In this document: in pieces, positions 27,119 to 32,000 of the stretch
Layout of the letters: each line of letters begins with the position of its first letter
How positions within the stretch are numbered: position 1 is the first letter of the stretch
From: Alkanindiges sp. WGS2144
GTDB taxonomy: Bacteria > Pseudomonadota > Gammaproteobacteria > Pseudomonadales > Moraxellaceae
Length of the DNA: 32,000 bases
Assembly: GCF_043950625.1 (NCBI RefSeq)
Contig: NZ_CP171007.1
Reading direction: 5' to 3' (one strand)
Translations under genes and position numbers: made by a program
The notes under the pieces: generated by a model
Seen by the model: only the letters and a program-made list of their open reading frames with translations
Database searches by the model: none
What the model was told of the DNA's origin: nothing

Positions 27119-28762
27119 ATGTATCAATATACCGAGTTTGACCAACAATTGCTCAATGAGCGTCTGGCACAATTTACCGACCAGATTCAGCGCTACCTTG
27201 CAGGTACTTTGTCTGATAGCGAACTGTTACCATTACGTTTGCAAAATGGCCTTTATATTCAGCGTTACGCACCGATGTTTCGTATTGCTGTACCTTATGG
27301 CTTACTGGCAAGCCGTCAACTGCGCAAACTGGCTTCCGTTACCCGCAAATATGACCGTGGTTATGCGCATGTCTCTACCCGGCAGAATTTCCAGCTCAAC
27401 TGGACAGCCCTGGAAGATGTTCCAGCCGCGCTGGGTGAACTGATGAGTGTACAGATGCACTCTATTCAAACCAGTGGTAACTGTATTCGCAATACCACCA
27501 CCGATCAGTTTGCCGGTGTTACTCCAGGTGAAATTATTGATCCACGGCCTACCTGTGAATTAATTCGCCAGTGGAGTACGTTTCATCCCGAGTTTGCCTT
27601 CCTGCCACGTAAATTTAAAATTGCCGTATCCGCATTGGCGGAAGTAGACCGTGCCGCCACCGCATTTCACGATATTGGCGTTTATATTGTTCAAAATGAA
27701 GCAGGTGAAATTGGTTATCGTATTTTGGTGGGTGGCGGTCTTGGACGTACACCAGTGATTGGCAGCTTTATTCGTGATTTCCTGCCACGTGAAGACTTAC
27801 TGGCCTATCTGGAATCCATTGTACGAGTGTATAATCTGCATGGTCGTCGTGATAACAAGTTTAAGGCGCGGATTAAAATTCTGGTCAGAGCCTTAACTCC
27901 TGAGGTATTTGCCCAAAAAGTAGAAGCCGAGTTTGCCCAGATTCGTGAGCAGCGTAAAACCGACCCTGAGCTCTTGGCGCGTATGGATGCTGTATTTAGC
28001 CAGCCGCCGTATGAAACACTGGACAATGTGGATTTATCCGAACAGTTTGCTGCTGACAAGGCATTTGCCAACTGGTTTAGGCATAACACCCACGAACATA
28101 AAATGCCGGGTTACCGTATTGTGACCATCTCCTTAAAGCGGGCGGGGGTAGCACCGGGCGATATTACCGACGATGAACTGGAAATGGTAGCTGACCTGGC
28201 TGACCGCTACAGTTTTGGTGAAGTACGCAATACGCATGAGCAAAACATGGTGCTGGCAGATGTGCCACAAAAAGATTTGTATGCGGTGTATCAGGTATTA
28301 AACCAGCATAATATGGCACGCGCTCATATTGGACTGGTGACTGATATTATTTGTTGCCCGGGTGGCGATTACTGTGCACTGGCCAATGCCAAATCCATTC
28401 CTATTGCCGAGGCCATCAGTCGCCGTCTGGACGATCTGGATACGGTGTATAACCTGGGCAAAATTGATCTTAATATCTCTGGCTGTATGAATGCCTGTGG
28501 CCATCACCATGCCGGTCATATTGGTATTCTGGGCGTGGACAAAAAAGGCGCTGAGTTTTATCAGGTTACGCTGGGTGGTAATAGTGACCATGATGCCAGC
28601 ATTGGTAATATTCTGGGGCCATCATTTGCTGCACAGGATATGCCGGATGTGATTGAGGAAGTTTTAAATACCTATCTGGATTTAAGAACCCCGGACGAGC
28701 GCTTTTTGGATACGTATCGCCGTGTTGGTATTCAACCGTTTAAGGAGCGTGTCTATGCCTAA
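27119..28762 (+). CDS. cysI: Assimilatory sulfite reductase hemoprotein (NirA/CysI-type, siroheme/4Fe-4S)
   Basis: The N-terminus MYQYTEFDQQLLNERLAQFTDQIQRYLAG...LRLQNGLYIQRYAPMFRIAVPYG matches the Pseudomonas-type CysI as I remember it. Cluster/siroheme cysteines are CPGGDYCALA and SGCMNACGHHH. An in-frame TGA lies 6 nt upstream of the ATG. Confidence 0.9.
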   Translation: MYQYTEFDQQLLNERLAQFTDQIQRYLAGTLSDSELLPLRLQNGLYIQRYAPMFRIAVPYGLLASRQLRKLASVTRKYDRGYAHVSTRQNFQLNWTALEDVPAALGELMSVQMHSIQTSGNCIRNTTTDQFAGVTPGEIIDPRPTCELIRQWSTFHPEFAFLPRKFKIAVSALAEVDRAATAFHDIGVYIVQNEAGEIGYRILVGGGLGRTPVIGSFIRDFLPREDLLAYLESIVRVYNLHGRRDNKFKARIKILVRALTPEVFAQKVEAEFAQIREQRKTDPELLARMDAVFSQPPYETLDNVDLSEQFAADKAFANWFRHNTHEHKMPGYRIVTISLKRAGVAPGDITDDELEMVADLADRYSFGEVRNTHEQNMVLADVPQKDLYAVYQVLNQHNMARAHIGLVTDIICCPGGDYCALANAKSIPIAEAISRRLDDLDTVYNLGKIDLNISGCMNACGHHHAGHIGILGVDKKGAEFYQVTLGGNSDHDASIGNILGPSFAAQDMPDVIEEVLNTYLDLRTPDERFLDTYRRVGIQPFKERVYA

Positions 28763-29234
28763 TATTGTACTGTTTAAAGATGGCAGCATCTCTGAGGATG
28801 AGTATGTCATGATCGGCGAAGATGGCCGTTTGCCTATGGGGAATGTGCTGCTGCGTGCGAGTGAACTGGATCGTCTTAGCGAAGTGCAGGGCAAGAAAGC
28901 TTTACTGGTAACAGTAGATTCTTCACCAGAAGATCACCAGTTTCCACTGGATCAACTGGATATGATTGCAGTGGAGTTTGCAGCATTTACCGATGGCCGA
29001 GGCTATTCTTATGCGGCTTTGCTGCGACGCCAGGGTTTTGTGGGAGAATTGCGTGCAGTGGGTGATGTATTTAAAGATATGCTTAACTACCTAAAGCGAG
29101 TGAGCTTTGATTCCTTTATCCTAAAACAGGGTAAAGATATTAATGAGGCCATTAGCGGACTAAATACCTTTACGGCTCCGTATCAGGCATCGGTAGCAGT
29201 TCCTGATAGTCACTATCAGACAGGAAGCAACTAA
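28755..29234 (+). CDS. DUF934 family protein (sulfite-reductase-associated)
   Basis: An ATG at 28755 lies 7 nt after AAGGAG and overlaps the cysI stop by 8 nt. FTDGRGYSYAALLRRQGFVGELRAVGDV is the characteristic DUF934 core. This gene pairing is conserved in Pseudomonas/Acinetobacter-type genomes. Confidence 0.8.
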   Translation: MPNIVLFKDGSISEDEYVMIGEDGRLPMGNVLLRASELDRLSEVQGKKALLVTVDSSPEDHQFPLDQLDMIAVEFAAFTDGRGYSYAALLRRQGFVGELRAVGDVFKDMLNYLKRVSFDSFILKQGKDINEAISGLNTFTAPYQASVAVPDSHYQTGSN

Positions 29235-29252
29235 ACCTAAGGGCTTAGTGGT

Positions 29253-29290
29253 TGCCGGGCTGCGAAATATGTTTTATAAGCAGCCCGGCA
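29253..29290 (+). other. Perfect 11-bp-stem hairpin without a U-tract
   Basis: TGCCGGGCTGC-N16-GCAGCCCGGCA lies 19 nt after the DUF934 stop. No T-run follows on either strand. Confidence 0.3.
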
Positions 29291-29405
29291 GCGTCTTGTA
29301 GTTAAAAATCATAAGAAAAATCCTACATTAGCTTATTTTAAAAATTGCCAATGCAGAGTATGCTAAGTTTGGCGCTATCGCTGATTACTAATGCTAACGG
29401 ATAAT

Positions 29406-30200
29406 ATGCTGATTTTAATTTCTCCTGCCAAAACGCTGGATTTTGAAAGTCCCTTATCTACCACTGAGCACACCCAGCCACAATTACTGGATAAAAGCCA
29501 GCAGTTGGTTGACGTGTGTCGCCAGTTAAGCAGTGATGATTTATCAGAACTTATGAATATCAGCCCTAAGCTGGCTGAACTTAATAATCAACGGTTTTGC
29601 AATTGGCAGCCAATTTTTAATCTGGAAAATGCCCGTCAGGCTATTTTGGCTTTTAAAGGGGATGTGTATGCAGGTTTGCAGGCACAGGACTTTACTGAAG
29701 CGGACTTTGAGTTTGCCCAAAAGCACTTGCGTATGCTGTCTGGCTTGTATGGCTTGCTGCGTCCTCTGGATTTAATGCAGCCCTATCGACTTGAAATGGG
29801 CACTAAATTAAACAACCCGGCTGGTAAGGATTTATACAGTTTTTGGGGTGAAACTATTACCGACCATGTCAATCAGGCATTAGCGGCACAGGGGGATGAG
29901 ATTATCGTTAATCTGGCTTCTGATGAATATTTTAAGGCAATAAAGCTCAACCAGCTTCAAGGGCGTATGGTCAAGCCGGTGTTTCTGGATGAAAAAAACG
30001 GCCAGTTTAAGGTCATTAGTTTTTATGCCAAAAAAGCCCGTGGCCTGATGAGTCGCTATATCATTAAAAATAAACTGACTCAGGTGGAGCAACTCAAGCA
30101 ATTTGACCTGGAAGGTTATGCGTATTCCAGTGAGCACTCTACAGAAGATGAGCTGGTGTTTTTGCGTGCTGAGCAGTGCAATTCATCTTTTACCGGTTGA
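29406..30200 (+). CDS. yaaA: Peroxide stress protein YaaA (UPF0246/DUF328)
   Basis: The start at ATG 29406 gives [16 protein letters not shown]..., the signature YaaA N-terminus, for ~264 aa. [14 protein letters not shown] is also conserved. Confidence 0.85.
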   Translation: MLILISPAKTLDFESPLSTTEHTQPQLLDKSQQLVDVCRQLSSDDLSELMNISPKLAELNNQRFCNWQPIFNLENARQAILAFKGDVYAGLQAQDFTEADFEFAQKHLRMLSGLYGLLRPLDLMQPYRLEMGTKLNNPAGKDLYSFWGETITDHVNQALAAQGDEIIVNLASDEYFKAIKLNQLQGRMVKPVFLDEKNGQFKVISFYAKKARGLMSRYIIKNKLTQVEQLKQFDLEGYAYSSEHSTEDELVFLRAEQCNSSFTG

Positions 30201-30243
30201 TCTTCTACCCTTTTAAAGTTTGTATTAGACTTCGCACCGGTTT

Positions 30244-30277
30244 TACCTGCTGCCTAGCATAAGGGGACGAGCAGGTA
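30244..30277 (+). terminator. Hairpin between yaaA and the porin gene (possible terminator)
   Basis: TACCTGCT-N18-AGCAGGTA is a perfect 8-bp stem. Only a weak or distal T-run follows (GGTTTAAGTGGTTTTT). Confidence 0.3.
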
Positions 30278-30311
30278 GCAAGCGGGGTTTAAGTGGTTTT
30301 TCAGGGGTATT

Positions 30312-31025
30312 ATGAATTTTTTACGAGTATGTATTGCCGTACTGGCTGCAGCAGCATTTGAGGTATCTGCCAAGCCTGTCTGGCAGGACTTTAGTATTAG
30401 TGGTTTGCATGGCGATCATTATAAGGTTGGCCCGGAAAAACGCGATGTGGTGACGCTGGAGTACGCTACCGGTTTAAGTTGGGGTGATACCTTCTTTTTT
30501 ATTGACCATAGCCGCTATAGCCAAAATGATGAAAAAGATAATTATTTTGAATTGGCACCACGTTTGAGTCTGTCTTATCTGTCAGGGCAGGCATTAACTT
30601 ATGGCATGGTAAAGGATGTTTATCTGGCGACCACCTGGGAATCTGGTGACAATTTTGACAATTATTTATACGGCTTGGGCCTCGGTTTTAATCTGCCTTA
30701 TTTTGATTATGCCAACGTTAATTTTTACCGCGCGCATAATGAAGCCACTAAAGATGACTGGATGACCACTATTACTTATGGCGCTCCATTAAAAGCAGCC
30801 GGGCAGGATTTTTTGTTTGATGGCTTTATTGACTGGTCAAGCAGTGCGTCGGATCATGCTGCTGAACTAAACTGGACGTCACAATGGAAGTGGAATGCTG
30901 GCAGGTTGATTAGCCCGGATACCCGTTTGTACCTGGGTATTGAGTATGCACACTGGATCAACAAGTTTGGCATTAAGGGCGTGGATGAAAAGAACGTGAG
31001 TGCGCTGGTAAAGTATCATTTTTAG
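30312..31025 (+). CDS. Tsx/OmpK-family outer-membrane channel (nucleoside-specific porin-like)
   Basis: The signal peptide is MNFLRVCIAVLAAAAFEVSA|KP. WQDFSISGLHGDHYK...TLEYATGLSWGDTFFFIDHS and FELAPRLS parallel E. coli Tsx (WWHQS...YLEYEAFAKKDWFDFYGY, MEIEPRFS). The C-terminus is KYHF. Confidence 0.6.
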   Translation: MNFLRVCIAVLAAAAFEVSAKPVWQDFSISGLHGDHYKVGPEKRDVVTLEYATGLSWGDTFFFIDHSRYSQNDEKDNYFELAPRLSLSYLSGQALTYGMVKDVYLATTWESGDNFDNYLYGLGLGFNLPYFDYANVNFYRAHNEATKDDWMTTITYGAPLKAAGQDFLFDGFIDWSSSASDHAAELNWTSQWKWNAGRLISPDTRLYLGIEYAHWINKFGIKGVDEKNVSALVKYHF

Positions 31026-31120
31026 GTAAACCATATCTTCTTAAGGTAAAAAAAGCTCAGGCCTTCTTTTTGGTTGTCGTATTTATAACCCAGAAGCGGA
31101 TACACGCCAGCTTTTAGCCA

Positions 31121-31672
31121 CTAGGGAGTGAAAAGATTTTCAAATAAACCGGCATATATCTGTCCGGCGCGTGTTTGCTTGCGTAGCTGCCAGTTTGCGG
31201 GTAATTCAAGTTGTTCCAATGGGCGGTCGGCTTCAACATAAATTTTGGCAGTAGGGTTAAGCAAGGGCTCAATGAGTGTGGCTAGAGTTGCCCATAAATC
31301 TAAAGTATAAGGCGGATCTAGAAATACCACGTCAAAACCAGTAGATAGCTGTTTTAAAGCCTGTTCGGCTTTGGCGGGCATAACCCTGGCGGTAGTGCAT
31401 TGTAATTGCATTAAATTGCTTTTAATTTGCCCGGCCTGCTTGGCGTCAGCTTCAATAAAAACGCACTGAGCCGCTCCGCGCGATAGGGCTTCAATGCCAA
31501 GAGCGCCAGAACCGGCACATACATCCAGTATATTTTTACCGGCAATATCCCACATCAGCCAGTTAAACAGGGTCTCACGCACTCGATCAGGTGTAGGACG
31601 CAAGCCTGAGGTTGATTCAAACCGGATAAGGCGACGTTTCCATATGCCACCAATAATACGTACCTGATTCAA
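31121..31672 (-). CDS. rsmD: 16S rRNA (guanine966-N2)-methyltransferase
   Basis: A TTG start lies 6 nt after GAGGAG. IIGGIWKRRLI...GLRPTPDRVRETLFNWL, LDVCAGSGALGIEALSRGA and FLDPPY are RsmD hallmarks. Confidence 0.85.
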   Translation of the reverse strand: MNQVRIIGGIWKRRLIRFESTSGLRPTPDRVRETLFNWLMWDIAGKNILDVCAGSGALGIEALSRGAAQCVFIEADAKQAGQIKSNLMQLQCTTARVMPAKAEQALKQLSTGFDVVFLDPPYTLDLWATLATLIEPLLNPTAKIYVEADRPLEQLELPANWQLRKQTRAGQIYAGLFENLFTP

Positions 31673-31675
31673 GGT

Positions 31676-32000
31676 TTACTCCTCACCATTAATAGTAGTA
31701 GGGGCACTGGCAGCAGGTGTGCTATTGGCAGTACTGGTGGACTGGCTCACCTGTTCAGAGATTTCCTGTGGTTTCATTCCGGCAGTCATCAGGCCGCCGT
31801 TGGCTATCGACTGGACAGGCTTTAAAGGATTTTTTTCCATCTGGTGCACCGCATAGTCAAACATGGGGCGGGAAAGTAAGGCTGCCGCTCCCCCGTGCTT
31901 ACCATTTTCCAAAATGACTGCGATGGCAATGGTTGGCTTATCCGCAGGCGCAAAACCTACAAACAGGCCATGATCCAGATGCCGGGCATCCAGTGCTGCC
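31676..32000 (-). CDS. Penicillin-binding protein 2-like transpeptidase, C-terminal end. The 5' part lies outside the window.
   Basis: The frame is open to the window edge. ...HLDHGLFVGFAPADKPTIAIAVILENGKHGGAAALLSRPMFDY resembles the PBP2 (MrdA) C-terminus (HAWFIAFAP...ILENGG...). A low-complexity Ser/Thr/Ala tail follows. Confidence 0.65.
   Translation of the reverse strand, partial: AALDARHLDHGLFVGFAPADKPTIAIAVILENGKHGGAAALLSRPMFDYAVHQMEKNPLKPVQSIANGGLMTAGMKPQEISEQVSQSTSTANSTPAASAPTTINGEE

Overview
This looks like a chromosomal, mostly housekeeping window from a gammaproteobacterium. The gene content and protein sequences resemble Moraxellaceae/Acinetobacter or Pseudomonas-type genomes, and GC is roughly mid-40s % by eye. 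I could not run any search to confirm this. Left to right, the window holds:
- the 3' end of a Pil-Chp chemosensory cluster (ChpA C-terminus, a CheB-like methylesterase, a CheW-like protein);
- dapE, an unlisted entericidin-like lipoprotein ORF, and a DUF1853-like gene;
- a tRNA-Cys/tRNA-Leu operon;
- folD plus a methyltransferase, a lipoprotein, GTP-dependent PEPCK, an SDR, yaiI, a uracil-DNA-glycosylase-family gene, a D-cysteine desulfhydrase/ACC-deaminase-family gene, an orphan ORF and an OM beta-barrel;
- two divergent type II toxin-antitoxin modules (Phd/YefM-VapC and StbD/RelB-RelE);
- valS, an SDR and an orphan ORF;
- an AraC regulator divergent from a family III CoA-transferase/alpha-beta hydrolase pair;
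- a sodium:solute symporter with a coupled mini-ORF;
- cysI-DUF934, yaaA, a Tsx-like porin, rsmD and the 3' end of a PBP2-like gene.

Many ORF-track starts appear over-extended. I re-placed them using RBS position and family N-termini.

The most interesting unlisted signal is a ~170-nt GGA-motif-rich transcript candidate at about 24305-24478 (+). It lies in a 640-bp convergent spacer, ends in a strong intrinsic terminator and follows a TGTAAT-N6-CGTACA GacA/UvrY-like box, so it is probably a Csr/Rsm-family CsrA-sequestering sRNA. I saw no CRISPR array, IS element, integrase or large defence-type gene.
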